DNA of 63,534 bases, the filler included, from Nitrospinota bacterium (lineage in GTDB: Bacteria; JAUXIQ01): NCBI GenBank assembly GCA_030620925.1. It is 13 parts of 13 records of this genome, joined end to end, with 100 filler letters (N's around TTAATTAATTAA, not from the genome) between each part and the next. Parts side by side here need not be neighbours in the genome. Positions count along the whole stretch, not along the records: positions 6,665 to 11,556 come from JAUXIQ010000194.1; positions 11,657 to 16,730 come from JAUXIQ010000185.1; positions 16,831 to 20,113 come from JAUXIQ010000337.1; 10 more parts are not named here. One strand, given 5' to 3'. The position numbers were made by a program, and so were the translations under genes. Below, piece after piece: positions 9,799 through 18,585 of this stretch (positions are counted from its first letter, which is position 1; each line of letters begins with the position of its first letter). The notes under the pieces are model-generated. The model saw nothing but the letters and a program-made list of their open reading frames with translations, was not told the DNA's origin and made no database searches.

Positions 9799-10641
9799 TT
9801 ATCTTATTATTCTTAGCTGCGATGGGTCGTCGCATTTAACCTCTATTCTTGTGCCGTCCTCCAATTCCAGGACGGCCATTTCTTTCAAGAGGTCTATCTT
9901 CATCACTATCCCTTTTCCCTCGGGGGTCTCCATTCGATCTCCGGGGGAGGGCAATTCTTTTTTAAGTTTCTTGTAACATTGATGCTCGAAAGACAGACAA
10001 CACATCAGACGGCCGCATAACCCTGATATCTTGGAGGGATTCAAGGGTAAGTCCTGGTCTTTGGCCATCCTGATGGTAACCGGCTCGAAATTGTCCATGA
10101 AAGTCGCACAGCAGAGTTTCCTGCCGCAGGGGCCCACACCGCCCAACAGCTTAGCTTCATCCCGTACGCCTATCTGCCGCATCTCTATGCGGGTCTTGAA
10201 TTTTTGCGCAAGGTCCTTGACCAGACCCCTGAAATCCACCCTGCCGTCGGCAGTGAAATGAAACACTGCCTTGCGCTGGTCGTCACGGAATTCCACGGAG
10301 ACCAACTTCATTTTAAGTCCCCGCTGGGTAACCTTGGAAAGGCAGAATTTATACGCCTCCTTTTCCAGGGTTTTTTTGCTGTCAACGGCCGCTTCGTCTT
10401 CCTCGCTGGCTAACCTGAAGACTTTTCTATGGGGTTGCCTTACCTTGCAGAGGGGCATGAGTCGCGGCTTTTCAGCCACCTCTCCGTATGCCTCCCCTCC
10501 TTCGACTTCAACCATGCACTTATCGCCGACAGAGAGTTTGCAATTGTTTTCCAGATAATCGTGGATCCTGGCGTTGTTTCTGAATTTTATGCCCACAACG
10601 AGGGCGTTTTCTACTTTTGCATCAGAAGGTTGTTCGCTCAT
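9799..10641 (-). CDS. ricT: PSP1-domain / RicT (YaaT) family protein
   Basis: FTADGRVDFR, RIEMRQIGVRDEA, GPCGRKLCC, SGLCGRLMCCL. Confidence 0.92.
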   Translation of the reverse strand: MSEQPSDAKVENALVVGIKFRNNARIHDYLENNCKLSVGDKCMVEVEGGEAYGEVAEKPRLMPLCKVRQPHRKVFRLASEEDEAAVDSKKTLEKEAYKFCLSKVTQRGLKMKLVSVEFRDDQRKAVFHFTADGRVDFRGLVKDLAQKFKTRIEMRQIGVRDEAKLLGGVGPCGRKLCCATFMDNFEPVTIRMAKDQDLPLNPSKISGLCGRLMCCLSFEHQCYKKLKKELPSPGDRMETPEGKGIVMKIDLLKEMAVLELEDGTRIEVKCDDPSQLRIIR

Positions 10642-10645
10642 TATA

Positions 10646-11278
10646 TTATATACCTGCCTCTTTGCAGGCCCGCCTCACGGATTCATGCACCTCTTCCATA
10701 TTTCCCGAGGCATCGATCAGGCTCAGCCTTTCAGGTTCCTGCGCAGCCAGGTCCTTGTATCCCTCCCTGATCCGGTCGTGAAACTCAAGGCTCTCCTGGT
10801 GGAACCTGCACGATTCGCTTCCATCGTCCTTTTTCCGGTGTCTTTCGAACCCTAAACCGGGTTCGCAGTCCAGGACTATGGTCAGATCAGGCTCTATACC
10901 AGAGGTGGCCAGCTTATTGAGCTTCTTAAGCAGATCAAGGTCCAGCTTTCGTCCGTAACCCTGGTAGGCCAGCGTAGAATCCGTGAATCGGTCGCAGATG
11001 ACTACAAGACCCTTCTCCAGGGCGGGCCGAATGACTTCTTCAACGTGCTGCGCTCGATCAGCGAGGAAAAGATAAAGTTCCGCCTTAGGGGAGATTTTCG
11101 TTCCAGCGGAGTCTTTAAGTATACGTCTGAGCTCTTTCCCCAATAGAGAGCCGCCCGGTTCGGCGGTGGTAAGCACCTTTTTGCCTTCTGCCTCGAGGGC
11201 GGCGCGCAGAAGCTTCATCTGGGTGCTCTTCCCGCAACCCTCCACCCCTTCTAATGTGATTAGTTTCCCTCTCTCCAT
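10646..11278 (-). CDS. tmk: Thymidylate kinase
   Basis: EGVEGCGKST, EPGG, ADRAQH, CDRFTDSTLAYQG. Confidence 0.97.
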   Translation of the reverse strand: MERGKLITLEGVEGCGKSTQMKLLRAALEAEGKKVLTTAEPGGSLLGKELRRILKDSAGTKISPKAELYLFLADRAQHVEEVIRPALEKGLVVICDRFTDSTLAYQGYGRKLDLDLLKKLNKLATSGIEPDLTIVLDCEPGLGFERHRKKDDGSESCRFHQESLEFHDRIREGYKDLAAQEPERLSLIDASGNMEEVHESVRRACKEAGI

Positions 11279-11357
11279 ATTATTAACAAGGTATGTTCAC
11301 ATCATTTTTGACGAATATATCAGCTATTTCGAACCCTCTTACAGCGTATTCCCGCTA

Positions 11358-11386
11358 AGTATAGCACATGGGTTTCAGCTTTTCAC
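11358..11386 (-). promoter_or_regulatory. Extended -10 sigma70 promoter upstream of tmk
   Basis: Minus strand GTGAAA-17 nt-TATACT with TGn directly before the -10. Confidence 0.5.
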
Positions 11387-11412
11387 TTTAATTCAGCCTC
11401 GGATTGTCCCCA

Positions 11413-11556
11413 TCAGGTGCCCTCGTCGGCAAGGTTCTCCAGGCGGGCCGTCATCGTTTTGTAATGGCTGCCCGGCCAGTATATACGCCGGCAGCGGGGG
11501 CAGACCGAAAATTTTGTATGTACCGTGTAAATATAGTCGGGGACTTTACCCTCCAC
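11413..11556 (-). CDS. C-terminus of Mut7-C RNase (PIN/Zn-ribbon) domain protein (partial, not in ORF track)
   Basis: Manual translation VEGKVPDYIY...FSVCPRCRRIYWPGSHY...*; CxxCxxxYWxGSH is the Mut7-C signature. Confidence 0.8.
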   Translation of the reverse strand: MEGKVPDYIYTVHTKFSVCPRCRRIYWPGSHYKTMTARLENLADEGT

Positions 11557-11656
11557 NNNNNNNNNNNNNNNNNNNNNNNNNNNNNNNNNNNNNNNNNNNN
11601 TTAATTAATTAANNNNNNNNNNNNNNNNNNNNNNNNNNNNNNNNNNNNNNNNNNNN
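11557..11656. other. Artificial contig spacer
   Basis: N44-TTAATTAATTAA-N44. Confidence 0.99.
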
Positions 11657-11864
11657 GATCAAAGGGCTCTTCGTGCAACTGGGTGACCCGGCGATTCTGG
11701 CCCAGCAGAAATCACTGGAGCTGCTCAGAATGATGATGAGTCGCGAGGCGCTCCTTTCCGCTTTCAGCGACGTTTACCTGATAGTGGGCCTGCTCATCAT
11801 GGCCACCATTATACCCGCGGTTTTCCTGCGCATCAGTCCGCCGAAGTCATCGGCGGTGGATTGA
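11657..11864 (+). CDS. C-terminus of DHA2-type MFS efflux transporter (partial)
   Basis: REALLSAFSDVYLIVGLLIMATIIPAVFL resembles the last TM helix of EmrB/QacA-type transporters. Confidence 0.6.
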
Positions 11865-11898
11865 TGCTCTTAAGAGATGGAAATTCTTATGGGATATG

Positions 11899-12672
11899 TT
11901 ATAAACCGATTTTTTTGAGGAGGTTTTCTGCGGCTGTTACGCTCGGTGAGGAGGGAGGCAGGTCGATTACCGGTTCCCCTCGAAAATCGTAGGCGGTAAC
12001 ATTTTCATCATCAGGTATATAACCGAAAATTTCCAGCCCCAGGGAGGACGCGGCGTCTTGCAGCTCCCCCTCGCGGCCCTTTACTTTGTTGATTACCAGA
12101 CCTTTCTTGCCCAGCTCCAGGGCCGGGTCGTTTTTTGCGATTTCCTGGATGAGGCCCGCTGTGCGGAACGCCCTGCTCGATGTGTCGGTCACCATCATGA
12201 GGACGTCTATCTTGGGGACCACGCGCCGGTTTATCTGCTCCGGCCCGGCTTCCCCGTCCACCACCGTCACGTCGTATTCTTTTGACAGCGTATCGATGCC
12301 GTAGCGCAGGAGGTCGTTCACGCTGCAGAAGCAGCCCGGTCCCTCGCCCCGCCCCATCAGCAGCAGGTCGAACCCCGCTCCCCGGTGGAGGCAGCTCTTC
12401 ATGCCCTCCCTGATATGCCGGCTCTCCAACTCTTTCCGCGCCGCGGGATCGTTGATGACCTCGTCGCGGATCTGCCCCACCGTCCTTTTTACCTCCACCC
12501 CCAGGGCGTGGGGAAGGCTCACCGCCGAATCGGCGTCTATGGCCAGAACGCTCTGCTTCCCTTCTCCGACCAGCACCTTGACCATCAGGGCTGAGAGCAC
12601 GGTCTTTCCTGTGCCCCCTTTGCCGGTAACGGCGATGACTGTGCCTTTTTTGTTTGTAGAGGTATTTTCCAT
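11899..12672 (-). CDS. CooC/AcsF-like MinD-type (SIMIBI) ATPase with CxC motif
   Basis: Deviant Walker A GKGGTGKT, IDAD, MGRGEGPGCFC, DGEAGPEQINRR, NK, IPDDE. Confidence 0.88.
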   Translation of the reverse strand: MENTSTNKKGTVIAVTGKGGTGKTVLSALMVKVLVGEGKQSVLAIDADSAVSLPHALGVEVKRTVGQIRDEVINDPAARKELESRHIREGMKSCLHRGAGFDLLLMGRGEGPGCFCSVNDLLRYGIDTLSKEYDVTVVDGEAGPEQINRRVVPKIDVLMMVTDTSSRAFRTAGLIQEIAKNDPALELGKKGLVINKVKGREGELQDAASSLGLEIFGYIPDDENVTAYDFRGEPVIDLPPSSPSVTAAENLLKKIGL

Positions 12673-12683
12673 TATGAGAATGT

Positions 12684-13940
12684 TCAGCCTAACAGGGTGG
12701 TAATAAAGTCTTGCAGCTGGGCCTTGATGGTATCCGACGATTTCATCCTGGGGTCTACGAAATCGATATCGAAGATGAAGATGGGTATGCCAAGCTCATC
12801 CTGTATGTTGTCTTTCACCAGCTTGATGGTGGCCCAGGCGTGTTTGCAGGCGAAGTTACCGGCGAAAATAGCTGCATCCGCCTTGTAGTCTCTGCATATA
12901 TTTATAACCATGTCAGAGTAAATCTCGTAAGGGCCGTTAGCCATGTGCCCCATAGGGGTATAGGTCAGTCTTTCGGCGAGGCCCAGAAAGATGGATTCCG
13001 TGTCGGAAACGTCTTCGATGGTGTTAGCTGAAAAGTTGCTCAATCCATCCTTAACCACCATGGCCCCGAACTCCCTCTCCATCCATCTGAAAATACCCGT
13101 ATCGAATAGGACGGGGGTGAACAGTGAAACCAGCCTTATTTTTTCTTCAGGGATGGGCCCTCTATTTTCCTCGACTGCGGCTTTACCTATTTCATACTGT
13201 TTTTTGTAGAACTCGACCAGCCCCGGGGTCCCAGACATACTGACGCATAAGCTGCCGGTTACCATCAAATGAAGTGAAGAAAGAGGACAGGGGACGTTTT
13301 TCCTGAGCTCGTTTATCTTCGCCAGGTAGCGCAAGGCTTCGTTGGAATATTCCACCACTTCCCGCAGCCTGTCCTCGTCGAGCTTCCTGCCGGTATGCTC
13401 CTCCAGGAAGGAGACGACTTTTTTCAGCTCCCCGGCCATGTATTTGTAGCTGCGCTCGTTTTGGGTATAAGGGGTGTCGATGCAGAAATGGGGAACGTCT
13501 AAATACTCCGCAATGGTGTCGAAGGAGGCCAATCCCGAATCGCAGGGATGCGCGGCGTGCACGATGGCGTCGGGGAGGGGTAAATCTCCCGCCATTGCGG
13601 CCCCGATCATGCCTTTATTGACCCCGCATATATGGTCCGGCACGTAGCGCTGCGCATAGTCCAGATATTTCATCAGCCCCTCCCGAGAACCCGCCAGCAA
13701 AGAGGATATTCCTTCCGGGGAAACGGGGAATATATCCATGGCATAAAATAGTTCGGGGATTGTGCCTGCGCTCATCCAGATAACCGGCTGGCCTCTATCC
13801 TTTGCGGTGTAGAGGTCTTCGTAGTATTTGGTATTCAGGTCGTAAATCCATTTATCTTCCGGCCTCTTCTCGGCAATGTGTTTATTAATGGCCTTAAAGT
13901 TTTCCGATAAATACTTAAATACATTCGTGCTCGCTTCCAT
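12684..13940 (-). CDS. 2-hydroxyacyl-CoA dehydratase family subunit, alpha-like, paralog 2
   Basis: PELFYAMD, DHICGVNKG, HPCDSG, FACKH (three cluster Cys), FLEEHTGRKLD, DFVDPR. Confidence 0.88.
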   Translation of the reverse strand: MEASTNVFKYLSENFKAINKHIAEKRPEDKWIYDLNTKYYEDLYTAKDRGQPVIWMSAGTIPELFYAMDIFPVSPEGISSLLAGSREGLMKYLDYAQRYVPDHICGVNKGMIGAAMAGDLPLPDAIVHAAHPCDSGLASFDTIAEYLDVPHFCIDTPYTQNERSYKYMAGELKKVVSFLEEHTGRKLDEDRLREVVEYSNEALRYLAKINELRKNVPCPLSSLHLMVTGSLCVSMSGTPGLVEFYKKQYEIGKAAVEENRGPIPEEKIRLVSLFTPVLFDTGIFRWMEREFGAMVVKDGLSNFSANTIEDVSDTESIFLGLAERLTYTPMGHMANGPYEIYSDMVINICRDYKADAAIFAGNFACKHAWATIKLVKDNIQDELGIPIFIFDIDFVDPRMKSSDTIKAQLQDFITTLLG

Positions 13941-14016
13941 TATTATTCCCCCTTAATTATTAATACGAACCGCCGCCGCGTTTTGAGAAGCTGCGCTCCG
14001 TTTTTTCACCGGTTGT

Positions 14017-15273
14017 TTAGTTTAGCAGGGTGGTGATAAAGTCCGCCAACTGGGCCTTTACGGTTTCCGACGATTTCATCCTGGGGTCGACGAAGTCTAA
14101 GTCAAAAATGAATGTGGGGATACCCAGCTCGTCGTAGATTTTATCCTTTATCAGTTGGATTATTGCCCATGCGTGCTTGCAGGCGAAGTTGCCGGCGAAA
14201 ATGGCTGCATCCGCTTTGTAGTCCCTGCATACCTCTATGGCCCAGTCGGAGTATATCTCTGTAGGGCCGTGGGCCTGATGTCCCATGGGCACACTGGTTA
14301 ACCTCCGGGCGAGGCCCATGAATATGGAGTCTCTGTCCGAAACGTTCTCAATGGGGTTGGCTGAGAAATGGCCCATCATATCCATGGTCACGATGGCCCC
14401 GAACTCTTTCTCCATCCAGTCGAAAATCCCCAGGTCGTAAAATATGGGGGTGTAAATCCATGCCAGCCGTATCTTTTCATCCGGCAAGTGGCCCTTATTT
14501 TCTTCGACGGCTGTTCTGGCTATTTCGTACTGCTTTTTGAGGTATTCAATTAACCCGGGGGTTCCCGATAAATTGAAGCATGCACTGGCGTTCAGCGTTA
14601 AAAACCATGAGGAAAGGGGACAGGGGACGTTTTTCCTAAGGTCGTTTATCTTTGTTAAGTAGCGCTGGGCCTCGTTGGAGTTTTCTACCACTTCCCGCAG
14701 CTTGTCCTCATCTAGCTTCCTGCCGGTATGCTCCTCCAGGAAGGACACCATCTTTTCCAACTCCCTGGCCAGATATCGGTAGCTCCGTTCGTCTTTGTAA
14801 TAAGGGGTGTCAATGCAGAACTGGGGGATATCTAAATACTCCGCAATGGTGTCGAAGGAGACCAGTCCTGAATCACAGGGATGCGCGGTGTGCACGATGG
14901 CGTCGGGCAGGGGCAAATCCCCGGCCAGGGCGGCCCCGATCATGCCCTTATTGACTCCGCACAGGTGGTCCGGCACAAAACGCTGCGCGTGGTCGAGATA
15001 TTTCACTACCCCCTCTGGCAAGAGAGAAAGGACTCCGGATAAATTCTCAGTGCAAACGGGGAAGGTATCCATGGCGTAAAATAGTTCAGGGGTAGCGCAG
15101 AAACTTCTCCAAACCACAGGCTGGCCCCTGTCTCTGGCTGTATAAAGGTCTTCATAGTATTTGGTATTCAGGTCATAAATCCATTTCTCTTCCGGCATAT
15201 TCTCGGTAATTTGTTTACCAATAGCCTTAAAATAATCCGAAATATCCTCCAATATGTTGGTACTCGCTTCCAT
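14017..15273 (-). CDS. 2-hydroxyacyl-CoA dehydratase family subunit, alpha-like, paralog 1
   Basis: Same motifs as the adjacent paralog. Start placed at MEASTN by parallel with paralog 2 and a GAGGGG RBS. Confidence 0.88.
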   Translation of the reverse strand: MEASTNILEDISDYFKAIGKQITENMPEEKWIYDLNTKYYEDLYTARDRGQPVVWRSFCATPELFYAMDTFPVCTENLSGVLSLLPEGVVKYLDHAQRFVPDHLCGVNKGMIGAALAGDLPLPDAIVHTAHPCDSGLVSFDTIAEYLDIPQFCIDTPYYKDERSYRYLARELEKMVSFLEEHTGRKLDEDKLREVVENSNEAQRYLTKINDLRKNVPCPLSSWFLTLNASACFNLSGTPGLIEYLKKQYEIARTAVEENKGHLPDEKIRLAWIYTPIFYDLGIFDWMEKEFGAIVTMDMMGHFSANPIENVSDRDSIFMGLARRLTSVPMGHQAHGPTEIYSDWAIEVCRDYKADAAIFAGNFACKHAWAIIQLIKDKIYDELGIPTFIFDLDFVDPRMKSSETVKAQLADFITTLLN

Positions 15274-15278
15274 CGCTG

Positions 15279-16400
15279 TCACCCCTCTACCATTTCTAAA
15301 AACGCATCCAGCCTGTTTTTTATCTGGCCCGCTCCGCTCAATTGATATTCCCGCTCCAGCGTCAGGACGGGGACACTATCTTCCTCTAATTTTTTATGGA
15401 TATACATCGATTCCCCGGCCCATAAATCGCAGTGGCGCATCCTCTGGTAAATCACGCCGTCCACCTTGAAACGGTCTATCATCTCCTTGATAAAACCATA
15501 TATTTGAGGAATCTGCCCGGCCATCCTGGAACAGGCCGGTCGGCTCAGGTATGCTCTGGCCAGGTTGGACATGATGTCGCCGTCCGTGGCCACCGGCTCC
15601 ATGGCATAACGGCTGCCGAAGCAGAGGCCGTCGGTCACCACCAGCCCCCCCGCTTCTTCGATAATCTGGGTGAACTCCAGGTCGTCGTAGGCGCTTCCAA
15701 CTATCATCAGTCGCGCCCTATAGTCGGTTGAGCCCTCCTTGCCCTTTATTTCCTCTAATAAATCTTTCAACATTGAATTAAACTGTTCCTTGGGCATGGC
15801 CGTACCCGCCAGCACCACCTGCTGGGTCTCGCTGCCGGAGATGGGAGGGTTATCCCCCTCCCTCAAGCTGTACAGTTCCTGGAGAAGCGCCCGGCTTTCG
15901 TTATAGACATCGATGGAATCCTTCAGCTTCTCTTCAGTGATCTCTGTATCGAAAGAACTTTTGAGGCTGTCGCAAAAGGTGGCTATTTCCTCGGTGAACC
16001 ACTGCACTGCGTCTTCATTGATCTTGTGCGGCACGCTTAAAAAATGCATGTAGTCACAGCCCACCTTTTCTTTCCAGATATCGTAAAGCCTGCGGATATG
16101 GTCGCAACTGTTCAAAGAGATCAACCCGTCAAGGAACTCGTATTCTCCCTTCAAAGCATATTCGAGGCAGCTTTTGACGAAAGTGCAGTTATAGGGAGAC
16201 ATGAGCGCGTCGGCCTCAGCCGTAGACTTGCAGCCTATGGGTCTCAGCCGGTAAGGGAGCGTTCCCGCCGCGTGAAGAACTTCTTCAGGCACGTAAGAGC
16301 AGAAATACCCGGTGATCTTCCCCCCCTTCTCTTTCCACTCTTTCGCAGCGGAATTATAGATGGTGTCTGCGATTTCGTTTATTTCCTCGAGGGGCGCCAT
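15279..16400 (-). CDS. 2-hydroxyacyl-CoA dehydratase family subunit, beta/double-cubane-like (Cys-rich)
   Basis: FCSYVPEE, NCTFVKS, NSCD, LCFGSRY, PACSRM, RHCD; C-terminal GQIKNRLDAFLEM. Confidence 0.88.
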   Translation of the reverse strand: MAPLEEINEIADTIYNSAAKEWKEKGGKITGYFCSYVPEEVLHAAGTLPYRLRPIGCKSTAEADALMSPYNCTFVKSCLEYALKGEYEFLDGLISLNSCDHIRRLYDIWKEKVGCDYMHFLSVPHKINEDAVQWFTEEIATFCDSLKSSFDTEITEEKLKDSIDVYNESRALLQELYSLREGDNPPISGSETQQVVLAGTAMPKEQFNSMLKDLLEEIKGKEGSTDYRARLMIVGSAYDDLEFTQIIEEAGGLVVTDGLCFGSRYAMEPVATDGDIMSNLARAYLSRPACSRMAGQIPQIYGFIKEMIDRFKVDGVIYQRMRHCDLWAGESMYIHKKLEEDSVPVLTLEREYQLSGAGQIKNRLDAFLEMVEG

Positions 16401-16469
16401 GGCTCTCTCCTTTTCGTAATCTCGACTAAAACATCAATGGCGTAAAACGATTGATTAGTATTTTCGCTC

Positions 16470-16497
16470 ACTATAGCACATTGTTGATGGTAGTCAA
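16470..16497 (-). promoter_or_regulatory. sigma70 promoter of the dehydratase-family/CooC operon
   Basis: Minus strand TTGACT-16 nt-TATAGT with extended TGn, about 70 nt before the AGGAG RBS/ATG at 16400. Confidence 0.6.
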
Positions 16498-16730
16498 TGA
16501 AGTACTTCCAATTGGCAGGATATGTCTTACGTTCACCCGCAGAATCAAAAGGATGAGCGGCGTTATCGGAAAAAGATATTAGATGGAGGAGGGCTTTGGA
16601 GTGGTTTATTATTATAAAGGTGTTTGCAGCATATAAAATTTTCACCGATTTAAAAGGAAATTAACTCGGACCGAGGATTATTGAGGATTATTTATGAGCA
16701 CGCCTGAAAAAATGGCCAGTAAAACGGGCC

Positions 16731-16830
16731 NNNNNNNNNNNNNNNNNNNNNNNNNNNNNNNNNNNNNNNNNNNNTTAATTAATTAANNNNNNNNNNNNNN
16801 NNNNNNNNNNNNNNNNNNNNNNNNNNNNNN
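16731..16830. other. Artificial contig spacer
   Basis: N44-TTAATTAATTAA-N44. Confidence 0.99.
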
Positions 16831-17092
16831 GGCCCTCCACGATGGTTTCCAGGTCCGCATGGCCGAACTCGGTGATGAGTCCGTTTATGCGGACGATCTT
16901 CTCCTTGTCTCCGAAGTCGACTGTTTTAAGCGCATCTAATACCTGGTTGCGGGCCTCTTCTTTCTGAGAAAGGGCCACGCCGTCTTCGAGGTCCAGAACG
17001 AGGGCGTCGGCGTCCAGACCGATGGACTTGCTCAGCATCTTTTCGCTGGAACCGGGTACGTAGAGCACGCTTCGTCTGAATTTTCTTTTCAT
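16831..17092 (-). CDS. CitE / HpcH-HpaI family CoA-ester lyase (3' truncated)
   Basis: RRSVLYVPGS, LDLEDGV, VRING. Confidence 0.9.
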
Positions 17093-17209
17093 GATGTCGC
17101 CTTTCATCGGTGGGTTGAGCTTAAGGCTGAAAAATTTTATCTAATACCTGGCGGCATCTAAACCCCGAACAGACGGAGCCCGTACACACCAATAAAGCTT
17201 ATCTCCTGA

Positions 17210-18514
17210 TTACAGAGCGATTATCTTCTCCTTTTCGACGACGTCTCGAGTGGCGTTTCTGGTATCCACCACCAGGTGCGACTCGGCTACTATCTTTCCA
17301 TAGTCGTAGTCGCTGTGGTTGGTGATGATCACCGCGCAGTCGAAGTGTTGGAGACGGCCGTCTTCTATTTCGGTATATTCTACCTCATAGACAGGGGGGA
17401 GGGATTTGATACGTGGGTCATGATATTTAACGATAGCCCCTCTATCCTGAAGGATGCGAATTACATCCAGGGCCGGGGATTCCCGATAATCGCTGACATC
17501 TTTTTTGTAGGCCACCCCCAGAATCAATATTTCGGAGCCGTTTACGGGTTTCTTTTGAAGGTTCAAGCCCTCGGCGACTCTGTTGGCCACGTGATAGGGC
17601 ATGTCCATGTTTATGTCTTCCGCCAGCTCTATGAAGCGGGCTTTGTAGTTCAACGCCCTGAGCTTCCAGGAGAGATAATGCGGGTCCACGGGGATACAGT
17701 GCCCGCCCAGCCCCGGGCCGGGATAGAAGGGCATGAAGCCGAAAGGTTTGGTGGAGGCAGCATCTATGACCTCCCACACGTTCACTTTGAGGCGATCGCA
17801 CATGAGGGCCACTTCATTGACCAGCGCTATGTTGACTGCCCTGAAGGTGTTCTCCAGGAGTTTGACCATCTCCGCGCTCCCCGTACTGCTAACCACCACC
17901 ACCTTTTCCACCACCTGCTGATAAAGGAACTCGGTTATCTCCGCACAGGCGGGGGTTATACCTCCGATGACTTTGGGAGTGTTACTGGTGCTGAACACGC
18001 TGTTTCCGGGGTCTACCCTTTCGGGCGAGAAGGCGAGGAAGAAGTCTTCACCCGCTTTCAGGCCGGTGGAGGACAGCGCCGGCAGCAACACCTCTTCGGT
18101 GGTCCCCGGATAGGTGGTGCTCTCCAGGACGATGAGCTGGCCCCTTCTGAGCCTCTTTTTTATCTCTTCCGTGGCGGCAACTATGTTGGATATGTCGGGG
18201 TCTTTGGTTTTGCGCAGCGGGGTGGGGACGCAGATGCTTATGGAATCCATCTCGTTTAGCACATCGAAGGAAAGAACGGCTTTGAGCTTACCACTATCAA
18301 CCAAAGGTTTTAATGAGGAGTGGGTTATATCTTCGGTATGGCTGAGGCCTTTATTGATCATCTCCACTCGGTTCTGGTCCACCTCCACACCGGTTACGGT
18401 GAAACCGGACCTGGCGAACTCCACGGCCAGAGATAGGCCCACGTAGCCCAATCCCACAATGCCTATCCTGGCTTCTCTGGACTTGATCTTCTCTTTCAGG
18501 GTTTTGTTATCCAC
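17210..18514 (-). CDS. UDP-N-acetylhexosamine 6-dehydrogenase (WbpA/WbpO-like nucleotide sugar dehydrogenase)
   Basis: GLGYVG, CVPTP, ESTTYPG, FSPERVDPGN, KLLENTFR, GGHCIPVDP. Confidence 0.93.
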   Translation of the reverse strand: MDNKTLKEKIKSREARIGIVGLGYVGLSLAVEFARSGFTVTGVEVDQNRVEMINKGLSHTEDITHSSLKPLVDSGKLKAVLSFDVLNEMDSISICVPTPLRKTKDPDISNIVAATEEIKKRLRRGQLIVLESTTYPGTTEEVLLPALSSTGLKAGEDFFLAFSPERVDPGNSVFSTSNTPKVIGGITPACAEITEFLYQQVVEKVVVVSSTGSAEMVKLLENTFRAVNIALVNEVALMCDRLKVNVWEVIDAASTKPFGFMPFYPGPGLGGHCIPVDPHYLSWKLRALNYKARFIELAEDINMDMPYHVANRVAEGLNLQKKPVNGSEILILGVAYKKDVSDYRESPALDVIRILQDRGAIVKYHDPRIKSLPPVYEVEYTEIEDGRLQHFDCAVIITNHSDYDYGKIVAESHLVVDTRNATRDVVEKEKIIAL

Positions 18515-18585
18515 CCTCTTCTCCTAAAGGCGGTATCGTGTAACGCATTTTCGTCGGGCACATATATCGGGTGTGCCCGCAGCCC

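Noticed and set aside
11899-12672. Calling the ATPase evidence of a CO dehydrogenase / Wood-Ljungdahl locus
   Set aside because: No cooS/acsB or other CODH/ACS genes occur on this contig or in the window.
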